DNA of 64,000 nt from a virus (IMGVR_UViG_3300032893_000006:70338-134337); one strand, 5' to 3'. Shown: positions 48,502 to 56,294, numbered from the stretch's first letter. Translations and numbers: made by a program. The notes: a model not told the origin generated them from the letters alone.

Positions 48502-48620
48502 GATGTGTGACGTGCGGGGCCGCTTGTGTTAGTCCCCGTTTGATGGGCAGTGACGGCGACAAGAGCTTCGGGCCGTCTGAGTAAGTCCTTGATATGGAGA
48601 AGCGCTCCAGCGTCAGCATC
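48502..48620 (+). ncRNA. Unassigned structured RNA
   Basis: Closing stem plus three hairpins; possible loop-loop pairing CTTGT/ACAAG. Confidence 0.45.
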
Positions 48621-48634
48621 GCTGTTTGAGTAGT

Positions 48635-48708
48635 TGGCTCGTCGTTCAATGGCAGGACAGCGGTCTCTGGAACCGCATATCGGGGTTCAAGTCCCTGCGA
48701 GCCAGCCA
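48635..48708 (+). tRNA. trnQ: tRNA-Gln(CTG)
   Basis: Loop CTCTGGA; CCA. Confidence 0.95.
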
Positions 48709-48779
48709 AGATTTATGTGAGGATCGTTACAGCCGATTCGAAGAGTGTGTAACTCACAGCCTTCACATAGAAAGTTTGT

Positions 48780-48857
48780 TGGGGGATGGCAGAGCGGTCA
48801 ATTGCACTCGCCTTTGGAGCGAGAAGGCCGTGGGTTCGAATCCCACTCCCCCTGCCA
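48780..48857 (+). tRNA. trnQ: tRNA-Gln(TTG), U1:U72 mismatch
   Basis: Loop CTTTGGA; CCA. Confidence 0.9.
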
Positions 48858-49024
48858 AGTTTGGAGATGTTATGGAACAGGATGCCAAAGACGATCCATG
48901 GGAAACGCGTTGCTACATGGGGGGTGGTAGTGTTGGTGATGAATGTGAGGATCAACCTGAACCAACGCCACCAAAGACCTATCAGGAATATCTGAATTAT
49001 TTCGAAGTTGTGATTGAAATTTAA

Positions 49025-49100
49025 GCGGGTGTAATTCAGCGGCTAGAATGTCGCGTTGCCAACGCGAATATCGTGGGTTCGAGTCCCATCACCCGCTCCA
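49025..49100 (+). tRNA. trnG: tRNA-Gly(GCC)
   Basis: Loop TTGCCAA; U73; CCA. Confidence 0.96.
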
Positions 49101-49119
49101 AGTTTTTGAGGGTTGCGTC

Positions 49120-49314
49120 ATGATTTTGCAGCAAGTTGAACTCGCCAGCGGCAACGAAAGGATGGTGTGCTGGCTCGCTCGTGATCCACGAGTTAGAGTC
49201 GGCACCGTGATTTCGCTCGCAAAGAGCGACAAGCGTTGGCGAGTTCAACAGCAGTACGGAGTGATCGACCACGAGGGAATCAAGCGGAAGTGGCCGGTCG
49301 GAGGAATGAGTTAG
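49120..49314 (+). CDS. Small hypothetical protein
   Basis: GAGGG RBS; 64-aa ORF between tRNAs. Confidence 0.5.
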   Translation: MILQQVELASGNERMVCWLARDPRVRVGTVISLAKSDKRWRVQQQYGVIDHEGIKRKWPVGGMS

Positions 49315-49315
49315 T

Positions 49316-49391
49316 GCTGGTGTAGCTCAAGTGGTAGAGCACTCGCCTCGTAAGCGAGAGGTTGGGTCTTCGAGTGACCTCACCAGCCCCA
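49316..49391 (+). tRNA. trnT: tRNA-Thr(CGT)
   Basis: Loop CTCGTAA; CCA. Confidence 0.93.
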
Positions 49392-49403
49392 GTTTGGAGG
49401 TGA

Positions 49404-49952
49404 ATGATGGCGTTACCGAAAAGAGGTGTCTTGTTGCTGACCAACTGCAACGAGCCCATCAGCATCATCACCGGACGTCGCGCCCTAACGATGGTAACTA
49501 AGGGCGTCTGCACAGTCGTAGTGCCAACCAGCATTCGGGTGTGCCCCGGGGTGTACCTGCCGTCCGTAATTCGGTTGATGGAATACAAAAGGATTCCGTA
49601 CCGGACGCAGCAGGTGACTCGGAAGAACATTTTGGTTCGAGACGGGTACCGCTGTATGTACTGCGGCACGAGGAAGGATGGCTCTGAGCTTGAGTTAGAG
49701 CACGTCATTCCGAAGAGCAGAGGCGGAAAGAATACGTGGGAGAACTTAGTTGCAGCATGTGCACCATGTAACCGGCGCAAGAACGACAGGACGCCGGAGG
49801 AAGCGGGAATGAAGTTGATTCACAAGCCGCTACCTGTGACGGTTCACACGGCGAAGCTTTTGCTGAGACAGATCGGTTCCGAAGTGAACGAGTGGAAGCC
49901 ATTCTTGTGGAACGACAGTCAGGGTGACACAAGATTCCAGTTCGTGCACTAG
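49404..49952 (+). CDS. HNH endonuclease (HNH_5/McrA-like)
   Basis: RDGYRCMYCG...LEHVIPKSRGGKNTWENLVAACAPCNRRK. Confidence 0.92.
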   Translation: MMALPKRGVLLLTNCNEPISIITGRRALTMVTKGVCTVVVPTSIRVCPGVYLPSVIRLMEYKRIPYRTQQVTRKNILVRDGYRCMYCGTRKDGSELELEHVIPKSRGGKNTWENLVAACAPCNRRKNDRTPEEAGMKLIHKPLPVTVHTAKLLLRQIGSEVNEWKPFLWNDSQGDTRFQFVH

Positions 49953-49973
49953 GAAGGCGATCCAATATTTTGA

Positions 49974-50050
49974 GCCGGGTTAGCTCATCGTGGCAGAGCG
50001 GCGGTTTTGTAAACCGCAGGCGAACAGTTCAAGCCTGTTACCCGGCCCCA
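49974..50050 (+). tRNA. trnT: tRNA-Thr(TGT)
   Basis: Loop TTTGTAA; CCA. Confidence 0.92.
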
Positions 50051-50056
50051 TTTTGT

Positions 50057-50131
50057 GGGGACTATCGTTCAGTGGTAGGACGCGTGATTGTGGCTCACGA
50101 CACCGGAGTTCAATTCTCCGTAGTCCCCCCA
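50057..50131 (+). tRNA. trnH: tRNA-His(GTG) with encoded G-1
   Basis: Loop TTGTGGC; G-1:C73; CCA. Confidence 0.95.
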
Positions 50132-50140
50132 ATAAGTTTC

Positions 50141-50216
50141 GGGGCAGTAGCTCAGATGGGAGAGCGCGCGCATCGCAAGCGCGAGGCCGAGAGTTCGATT
50201 CTCTCCTGCTCCACCA
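50141..50216 (+). tRNA. trnA: tRNA-Ala(CGC)
   Basis: G3:U70; loop ATCGCAA; CCA. Confidence 0.95.
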
Positions 50217-50218
50217 AG

Positions 50219-50302
50219 TTTCCGGTCGTTTTATTGTGGCAAGACGCCGTCCTTTTCGCGAAGGATGGAGATTGAGGGATGGCCCACCTCACCGGAAAGC
50301 CA
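50219..50302 (+). ncRNA. Non-canonical tRNA-like RNA (8-bp acceptor, 4-bp T-like stem, GCCA end)
   Basis: TTTCCGGT/ACCGGAAA-G-CCA; 8-bp anticodon-position stem with 6-nt loop; no TTC T loop. Confidence 0.6.
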
Positions 50303-50313
50303 ATTGAAGTTTT

Positions 50314-50391
50314 GGGCCTCTAGCTCATCTTTGGGAGAGCACTCGCCTTGCAAGCGAGAGGTGATCGGTTCGAGACCGATGAGGTCCACCA
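50314..50391 (+). tRNA. trnA: tRNA-Ala(TGC)
   Basis: G3:U70; loop CTTGCAA; CCA. Confidence 0.95.
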
Positions 50392-50466
50392 AGTTTGTGA
50401 CGGCCCTGTGGTAGCAGGGTGCCTACCAGCCGACCAGAGAACTCTCAGGATAGCGTCACAGTTTTT

Positions 50467-50541
50467 GGACTCGTAGCTCCAAGGTAGAGCGGGACCCTGA
50501 AGAGGTTCGCGTTGCTGGTTCAAGTCCAGTCGAGTCCACCA
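50467..50541 (+). tRNA. trnF: tRNA-Phe(GAA)
   Basis: Loop CTGAAGA; CCA. Confidence 0.93.
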
Positions 50542-50542
50542 T

Positions 50543-50618
50543 CGGGAAGTGGCCAAGCGGTAAGGCTCACGTCTGGGGGGCGTGTAATGCGTGAGTTCGA
50601 ATCTCACCTTCCCGACCA
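50543..50618 (+). tRNA. trnP: tRNA-Pro(GGG)
   Basis: C1:G72, A73; CT followed by G-run loop; CCA. Confidence 0.92.
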
Positions 50619-50631
50619 AGTTTGTAAGTAT

Positions 50632-50709
50632 CAGGGTATAGCTCAGTTTGCGTAGAGCGCGCGGTTCGGGTCCGCGAGGCCGGGGGTTCAAATCCCTCTA
50701 CCCTGACCA
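50632..50709 (+). tRNA. trnP: tRNA-Pro(CGG)
   Basis: Loop TTCGGGT; CCA. Confidence 0.94.
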
Positions 50710-50721
50710 GTTTTTAAGTTT

Positions 50722-50798
50722 CGGGACTGGGCGCGGCTTGGTAGCGCTCCTGTTTTGGGAACAGGCGGTCGTGGGTTCGAATCCCACAGTCCCGACCA
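50722..50798 (+). tRNA. trnP: tRNA-Pro(TGG)
   Basis: Loop TTTGGGA; CCA. Confidence 0.94.
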
Positions 50799-50820
50799 GT
50801 TTTTATAGCCTAGACATGGT

Positions 50821-51411
50821 ATGATTTTACTATTGGCTAGGCTATGTAGAAAATGTGAAGCGATTATCCCTCTTTGGGTAAACATAGGCGGGAGACTCAG
50901 GAATCTGCAGCGACGCAAATTTTGTCTTAAATGTTCAGAATTTGGGGCTCATAATACATCTTCACAATTGGGTGTTGAAGTTAAGAAGAAACGCCCACCA
51001 AAATGTGCTTGCGGAGAAGCCGACCCAAAGAAGTTTTACGGTAGAAAAGCGACGGTCTGTGGGCGATGTCATAATCGATACACGACGCGAAGAGGATCGC
51101 TAGTAAAGCGCAAGGCGCGAGAACATCTCGGTGGCAAGTGTAAGTATTGTGGCTATTCGCAGTTTGATGTATCGCTTGATATACATCACACCGACCCATC
51201 AAAAAAAGACCCGGCCTTTCAAAGTATGAGGGGGTGGTCTTGGAAGCGCATTGTAAAGGAACTTGAATTGTGTGAATTGGTTTGTAAGAACTGTCACACC
51301 GCATTGCATTGTGGTTTGATAAGCCGGGGTTGTAGCTCAGTTGGATTCAGAGCGGCGGTCTACGAAACCGCAGGTCACAGGTTCGAGTCCTGTCAGCCCC
51401 ACCATTTGTAA
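50821..51411 (+). CDS. Zn-finger HNH endonuclease reading through tRNA-Arg(ACG)
   Basis: CKYCGY...LDIHHTDP...CELVCKNCHTALH; first in-frame stop lies after the tRNA. Confidence 0.8.
   Translation: MILLLARLCRKCEAIIPLWVNIGGRLRNLQRRKFCLKCSEFGAHNTSSQLGVEVKKKRPPKCACGEADPKKFYGRKATVCGRCHNRYTTRRGSLVKRKAREHLGGKCKYCGYSQFDVSLDIHHTDPSKKDPAFQSMRGWSWKRIVKELELCELVCKNCHTALHCGLISRGCSSVGFRAAVYETAGHRFESCQPHHL
51326..51404 (+). tRNA. trnR: tRNA-Arg(ACG)
   Basis: Loop CTACGAA; CCA. Confidence 0.94.
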
Positions 51412-51442
51412 GAATCCACCAAGGAGGTGTATGGGATAAAAA

Positions 51443-51751
51443 TTGAAAAACTTGTCGATGTCTCAGCGTTGGGCTGATGCAGTAACAGAGTTCAGTGGCT
51501 CTTGGCCATTCATCATCTGGTTTACCGTGTTGGGCGTAATTTGGGTGCTTCTCAACGTGAGCCGCCTACTGGTTTTCGACCCATACCCATTCCTGTTTTT
51601 GAACTGGGTGTTGACGGTTATCAGCACCGTTCAGAGTCCGCTTATCATGCTGTCGCAGAACAGGCAGAATGAGCGGGATCGAGAGAATGTGCAGGAGATT
51701 CTTGCCAAGCTCGATGAGGCTCTGAAGAAGATGGAAATAGCGCGAAATTAA
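51443..51751 (+). CDS. DUF1003 family membrane protein
   Basis: WADAVTEFSGSWPF...FDPYPFLFLN...QSPLIMLSQNRQ. Confidence 0.88.
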   Translation: MKNLSMSQRWADAVTEFSGSWPFIIWFTVLGVIWVLLNVSRLLVFDPYPFLFLNWVLTVISTVQSPLIMLSQNRQNERDRENVQEILAKLDEALKKMEIARN

Positions 51752-51752
51752 A

Positions 51753-51781
51753 TTGCGCTCATGTTGGAGTTGTGATAGGGT
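51753..51781 (+). promoter_or_regulatory. Possible promoter of the Y-RNA/TROVE operon
   Basis: TTGCGC-N17-TAGGGT. Confidence 0.4.
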
Positions 51782-51796
51782 AAAAAGGTTGAGTTT

Positions 51797-51902
51797 CCGC
51801 TGACAGTGTTGCTTACATGGGTGGGTAACCACCATTTCACTGCTAATGAAAATCCGGCGCGAGCCGGGTGTACCCGAAAGGGTTGCAGCGCGACTACAGC
51901 GG
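51797..51902 (+). ncRNA. Y-RNA-like element 1
   Basis: CCGCTG/CAGCGG ends; TGAC..TACATG and CGACTACA motifs; arm TTTCA-CTGCTAA-TGAAA. Confidence 0.75.
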
Positions 51903-51917
51903 AGAGATTTTGAGTAT

Positions 51918-51992
51918 GGCTTGACTGTTTCGCATACATGTTGCTCTTGACAAGCGAACACGCCGAAAGGCAATGCGGAACGACTACAAGCC
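51918..51992 (+). ncRNA. Y-RNA-like element 2
   Basis: GGCTTG/CAAGCC ends; shared motifs; arm TTGCT-CTTGACA-AGCGA. Confidence 0.75.
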
Positions 51993-52001
51993 AGTAAGTT
52001 T

Positions 52002-52136
52002 GGGCTGACTGAGTTGCTTACATGTCCTTTGGAGACCGAGGTCGGAGGTTCGAATCCTTCATCGTCCACCAACAATGAGTAGACGGGCGATTAGCTCAGC
52101 GGTAGAGCGCGTAAACAAGCAGATCGACTACAGCCC
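52002..52136 (+). ncRNA. YrlA-type Y RNA (element 3; permuted tRNA domain)
   Basis: GGGCTG/CAGCCC ends; T arm precedes D arm; acceptor ATCGTCC/GGGCGAT closed by a linker. Confidence 0.85.
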
Positions 52137-52150
52137 AAAGATTTTGAGTT

Positions 52151-52270
<120 letters not shown>

Positions 52271-52277
52271 ATAAGAT

Positions 52278-52410
52278 GGGCCGGGTTCGTCTAAAAGCGA
52301 AACTTCCAGATTCGACTACAGCAGCAATGCTGACTGAAATTGGATACATGGATAAGACAATAGTTCTCGGAACTATGTTTGGAGGTTCGAATCCTTCACC
52401 CGGCTCCTAC
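52278..52410 (+). ncRNA. Y-RNA-like element 5, circularly permuted relative to the others
   Basis: GGGCCGGGT/ACCCGGCTC ends; CGACTACAGCA-gcaa-TGCTGAC internal hairpin; T arm. Confidence 0.78.
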
Positions 52411-52416
52411 AAGTTT

Positions 52417-52547
52417 GGATTGACTGCACGAGGATACATGATCTTGTTCCGGGGAAACCCGGCCCCCTCCACCACCATACCGGCTTCATTTACCAATGGG
52501 GGGCGCGCCGCAAGGCTGCAAATCTAAACCGCGAGCGACTACAATCC
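52417..52547 (+). ncRNA. Y-RNA-like element 6
   Basis: GGATTG/CAATCC ends; shared motifs; T and D positions carry GAAA/GCAA hairpins; acceptor-like stem with CCA. Confidence 0.75.
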
Positions 52548-52569
52548 AAAAGTTTTGTCCGGGGGAAAC

Positions 52570-53121
52570 ATGGCAAGTGGCGACAGGTTTTATCAGCTAC
52601 AGTTGCGCCATCGCGACGCTCTAGTCGGCGACATTGGCTCAATCCTCAAAATTGAAGGAATCGTGATCGGCGGCGAAGGCGCACGTGGAACGCTTATGCT
52701 TCCAGATGCGCCACACGACGTTTTCACGCGTGATTCGCTGTGGCTAACTATCGAAGAGTGGTCAGACTGGCTCCAGAGATCGGACAATCCCGACATACTC
52801 GTGCAGGGATCACTGGAGAAGGTCTTCCACCGTAAGCTCAGGTACGACATCTCCGGCGCAGTCCAGCAGAAGGTGTGGGTTGCTGACGGATGCAAGTGTA
52901 TGTACTGCTTCCGTCCGATGGGGGAAGTGCAGCTTACAATCGATCACTTCGTTCCGCTTGAAAGTGGTGGCAAGAACGATCAATCGAATTACCTGTCGGC
53001 GTGCCGAAAGTGCAACAAGGACAAGGGCGGCATGAGTCCGCGGCAATGGTGTGGTCTGGACAAAGTCAAATGGGATTACGATTCTTACGTCCAGTATCTG
53101 ATCGAACGCAAACTTCCATAA
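52570..53121 (+). CDS. HNH endonuclease with uncharacterised N-terminal domain
   Basis: CKCMYC...LTIDHFVPLESGGKNDQSNYLSACRKCNKDK. Confidence 0.88.
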   Translation: MASGDRFYQLQLRHRDALVGDIGSILKIEGIVIGGEGARGTLMLPDAPHDVFTRDSLWLTIEEWSDWLQRSDNPDILVQGSLEKVFHRKLRYDISGAVQQKVWVADGCKCMYCFRPMGEVQLTIDHFVPLESGGKNDQSNYLSACRKCNKDKGGMSPRQWCGLDKVKWDYDSYVQYLIERKLP

Positions 53122-53146
53122 CTACCCACTAAAGGAGGGTGACTAT

Positions 53147-54652
53147 ATGGGTGAGCAGGGAATCACGAAGCAGCGTATCTTCGCGGAGCTTTCAAAGTCT
53201 TCGCATGGCAAGCTCTCTGAGTATGTTGAGATCGCCAAGCAGGCCATCGCAACTGAGGGCGACTTCTTTCAGCACTTGATCGCGTGGAATCACATTCACG
53301 GACAGGTTCGTGACAGCAAGGTTGCGTTGCCGGTGCTCGGTCTGGCTTTCGAGAGCAATCTCGATCTGCTCGATAACAGCGTCGCGCATCTTGCCAAGCT
53401 CGGTCCTCGTGAGTTGAAGAGGGCTTTCGAGTTCGTTCGCGAGATTCGTCCGCAGGGCAAGATGTCGCGGATGGATCGCGTGATCTGCGCATACCTCCGT
53501 CAGAAGGAGGAGTCGCGCAACTGGGATCACATCGCGATCCAGCACCGTGCCGTACTAAAGGCGCTCTACGCGCTCTCTCGTACCGGCCCGGGCAACCGTC
53601 GTGTAGCTGCCGTGATCTCCGGCCAGTGGAAGGAGAAGATCGGTGACACGGTGGTCGTGACCAAGCTTGCTCTTCCGAAGGGCTCTGTGTTCGAGGCTGT
53701 AGCTAAGCTCAAGGACATGGCTCCTGTTGAGGCTGCTGGCACGATCATGCGCTACAAGATTCCGTTCCTGATCGCCATGGGTGCCCTTGGCTTCAAGGTG
53801 AAGGAGACCGATCTTGTGATGGCGCTGATCGAGCAGATGTCGCCGACTGAGCTTGTGACCAACACGAAGATGCTGGAGAAGCTCGGCATGAAGACCAACC
53901 CGGTGCTCCGTGCTGCATTTGAGAAGGGCATGGAGAAGGCTGCAACGTCCAAGCAGAACACGCTGAAGACGACGGCGGCTGTCGAGGCCGTAGAGGACGA
54001 GGGGCTGAAGGATAAGCTACGCGGCCTGCAGAAGAAGCAGATCGCGGCGGCTGGTGGTCCCGATGGCAACTGGCTTGTGCTGGCCGACAAGAGCGGCAGC
54101 ATGGCGGCGGCAATCGAGATCGCAAGGCACGTGTCCGCGTCTCTGGCTCAGTTCGTCAAGGGCAAGGTGTATCTCGTGTTCTTCGACACCTCGCCGATGA
54201 CGGTCGATGTAACTGGCTTATCGCTCGATCAGATTAAGATGGCGACGCGCCACATCACAGCAGGCGGCGGCACTTCAATCGGCGTGGGCCTGAGCAGGAT
54301 GTTGAAGGAGAAGGTGGAGATCGACGGTATCGCAATCGTCTCTGACGGCGGCGAGAACACCGCACCGCTCTTTGCTGATGTCTACAAGAAGTATTCGGCA
54401 TTCGCAGGCAAGGATGTGCCGGTCTACTTCTATGACACCTACGGCGACACCCACCTCACCCAGTCATTGAATGCGGCTGGCATTGAGATGCAGAAGTTCG
54501 ACGTTCGCAGCGGCAAGGTCGACTACTACAGCATTCCGAACCTCGTGCAGACGATGCGCTCGAACCCCTATAGCCTCGTCGACGAGATCATGGCTACCCC
54601 GCTCGTATCACTGAGCGAGGTGTTGAAGGATGCAGAACTGGTAGGTGCCTGA
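53147..54652 (+). CDS. rsr: Ro60/Rsr-like TROVE plus vWA protein (divergent)
   Basis: Helical N-terminal region with MSPTELVTNTKMLEKLG (TROVE-like); vWA MIDAS DKSGS, GGTSIG, VSDGGEN; adjacent Y-RNA-like array. Confidence 0.75.
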   Translation: MGEQGITKQRIFAELSKSSHGKLSEYVEIAKQAIATEGDFFQHLIAWNHIHGQVRDSKVALPVLGLAFESNLDLLDNSVAHLAKLGPRELKRAFEFVREIRPQGKMSRMDRVICAYLRQKEESRNWDHIAIQHRAVLKALYALSRTGPGNRRVAAVISGQWKEKIGDTVVVTKLALPKGSVFEAVAKLKDMAPVEAAGTIMRYKIPFLIAMGALGFKVKETDLVMALIEQMSPTELVTNTKMLEKLGMKTNPVLRAAFEKGMEKAATSKQNTLKTTAAVEAVEDEGLKDKLRGLQKKQIAAAGGPDGNWLVLADKSGSMAAAIEIARHVSASLAQFVKGKVYLVFFDTSPMTVDVTGLSLDQIKMATRHITAGGGTSIGVGLSRMLKEKVEIDGIAIVSDGGENTAPLFADVYKKYSAFAGKDVPVYFYDTYGDTHLTQSLNAAGIEMQKFDVRSGKVDYYSIPNLVQTMRSNPYSLVDEIMATPLVSLSEVLKDAELVGA

Positions 54653-55050
54653 TGGCGAAGCGAAAGGTTGGAACCAAGACGATGTCATATCCGAAGAGGA
54701 ATATCTTTGTCGATCTGTCAAAGCAGAAGATCGCGGAAAGGAGGAAGACCATGCTTCAGAACTTCAAGAGTTTTAACATCGACACGGCTGATCTTGACGA
54801 GCTTGTCGAGCTTGCAACGTTCGGTCGCCAGTTCCGTGCCGAGCACGAGGCTCTCAATGTTCCCGTACCTGAGTACGTTGATGACAACCTGCGTGCGATC
54901 CGCAAGGAGATCGACAGCAAGCTCTCTGACCGTCGTGCACAGCGTGTTCGTGAGTTGAAGGCACAGCGCGACAGCCTCAAGACCGCACAGGAGCGCCGCG
55001 ATGCAATCGACAAGGAGCTTGCCGCACTTGGCGAGCCGGTCGGCGCGTAA
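54652..55050 (+). CDS. Coiled-coil hypothetical protein coupled to TROVE
   Basis: 132 aa; TGATG overlap. Confidence 0.6.
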   Translation: MAKRKVGTKTMSYPKRNIFVDLSKQKIAERRKTMLQNFKSFNIDTADLDELVELATFGRQFRAEHEALNVPVPEYVDDNLRAIRKEIDSKLSDRRAQRVRELKAQRDSLKTAQERRDAIDKELAALGEPVGA

Positions 55051-55073
55051 GCTTCGTTGCTCCACTTTTGCCA

Positions 55074-55108
55074 CGGCTACCGGGGGAACCCGGTAGCCTT
55101 CTTTTTTG
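55074..55108 (+). terminator. Rho-independent terminator
   Basis: GGCTACCGGG/CCCGGTAGCC plus TTCTTTTTT. Confidence 0.85.
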
Positions 55109-55145
55109 CCTGCTTACGCCGCAAAGTGCGGCTACAATGCTTCTC

Positions 55146-55631
55146 ATGGCGGAATTTCGGATTCGATTTATCAACTCCGGCAACTCGTTCGTGGGCCGGT
55201 CAATCGACTGGGTGACAAACTCCCTGATGGACCATGTGGAGATCGTCACCGATGCGGGTTGGTATCTTGGTGCGCGCAGTAGTGGCGGAGTGAAGTCAAG
55301 ACCACCGGATTACTGCAAGCCGACATGGGAACGCCGCTATGCGATCCCGTGCACCGATGAGCAGCACAAGAAGATCATGGACTACGCTTACTCGAAGGTG
55401 GGAACAAAATACAACTTCGGCGACATTGCCGGGTTGCTGTTTCGCAACAGGCGGTTCAATTCGCCAAGCAAGTTGATTTGCTCTGAGTTTGTGATTAACG
55501 CAGGACAGCTTGCCGGTGGGATCATGCTCTTGAACGTGAAGGTGCCTTACTACTCATATCTGGTGACGCCGGAGATGCTTCACTTGAGCCCGGTCCTCAG
55601 TGGACACTGCTACTACAAATACGCGGCATAA
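55146..55631 (+). CDS. Permuted papain-like NlpC/P60 (YiiX-like) amidase
   Basis: DHVEI (His) before KVGTKYNF...LICSEFV (Cys). Confidence 0.8.
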   Translation: MAEFRIRFINSGNSFVGRSIDWVTNSLMDHVEIVTDAGWYLGARSSGGVKSRPPDYCKPTWERRYAIPCTDEQHKKIMDYAYSKVGTKYNFGDIAGLLFRNRRFNSPSKLICSEFVINAGQLAGGIMLLNVKVPYYSYLVTPEMLHLSPVLSGHCYYKYAA

Positions 55632-55638
55632 AATCTTC

Positions 55639-55667
55639 TTGCAAAGAGTCGGAAAGTGGTGTAACGT
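55639..55667 (+). promoter_or_regulatory. Sigma70-type promoter of tRNA cluster 3
   Basis: TTGCAA-N17-TAACGT. Confidence 0.7.
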
Positions 55668-55677
55668 GGTTCCTGTT

Positions 55678-55746
55678 ATGACGCAGACCTTCAAACACGG
55701 GATAACCAGAATGACCAAGCGGGTCATTTGGGGAATCGTGTGCTAG
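55678..55746 (+). CDS. Attenuator leader peptide 3 (MTQTFKHGITRMTKRVIWGIVC)
   Basis: Codons ACC AAA GGG ATA AGA ATG AAG CGG ATT TGG GGA ATC GTG match cluster 3 anticodons. Confidence 0.88.
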   Translation: MTQTFKHGITRMTKRVIWGIVC

Positions 55747-55777
55747 GGGTCTGAAAGTCCATTTTCTGGATTTCCAT

Positions 55778-55806
55778 GACCCCGGCTCAGGCCGGGGTTT
55801 TCATTT
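55778..55806 (+). terminator. Attenuator terminator 3
   Basis: GACCCCGGC/GCCGGGGTT plus TTCATTT; GACCCC also complementary to GGGGTC at 55746..55751. Confidence 0.82.
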
Positions 55807-55820
55807 GCTGTTTGACATAC

Positions 55821-55896
55821 AGGGGCGTAAGCTCAGCGGCTAAACTGTCGGTCTCCAAAACCGAACTCGTCGGTTCGAATCCGACCGCCCCTGCCA
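55821..55896 (+). tRNA. trnW: tRNA-Trp(CCA)
   Basis: Loop CTCCAAA; CCA. Confidence 0.96.
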
Positions 55897-55976
55897 AGAT
55901 TGATGTTCCCTTGCATCACCGGGAAGACCACGGACACTGAACAACCGTGCCATCTTCCCGGCGCAAGGTTAGTTTC

Positions 55977-56053
55977 GCCAGTGTAGCTCAGTCGGCCAGA
56001 GCGCGGCATTCATAACGCCGAGGTCCCGAGTTCGATGCTCGGCACTGGCACCA
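55977..56053 (+). tRNA. trnM: tRNA-Met(CAT), elongator type (Ile2 not excluded)
   Basis: Loop TTCATAA; G1:C72; CCA. Confidence 0.88.
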
Positions 56054-56059
56054 AGTAAT

Positions 56060-56152
56060 GCCGGAATCCTCGGGTGAGGCGCGGGTCCTTATAGCTCCCG
56101 TTGACGGTAGATGACCGTTGCGAGGTGGGTTCAAGTCCCCCTTCCGGTCCCA
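56060..56152 (+). tRNA. Atypical tRNA with TAT anticodon (Ile-like)
   Basis: Loop CTTATAG; tiny D arm, long variable arm, weak anticodon stem; CCA. Confidence 0.6.
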
Positions 56153-56157
56153 AGTTT

Positions 56158-56234
56158 GCGCAGCTAACTCAACTGGTTAGAGTATTCGCCTCTTAAGCGA
56201 AAGGTTCCGAGTTCGATCCTCGGGCTGCGCACCA
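56158..56234 (+). tRNA. trnK: tRNA-Lys(CTT)
   Basis: Loop CTCTTAA; CCA. Confidence 0.95.
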
Positions 56235-56294
56235 AGTTTTGTAGTACAGGAGAAGTGAGATGCGAAAACGTGTAGACGGTTCCGACAAACACAT

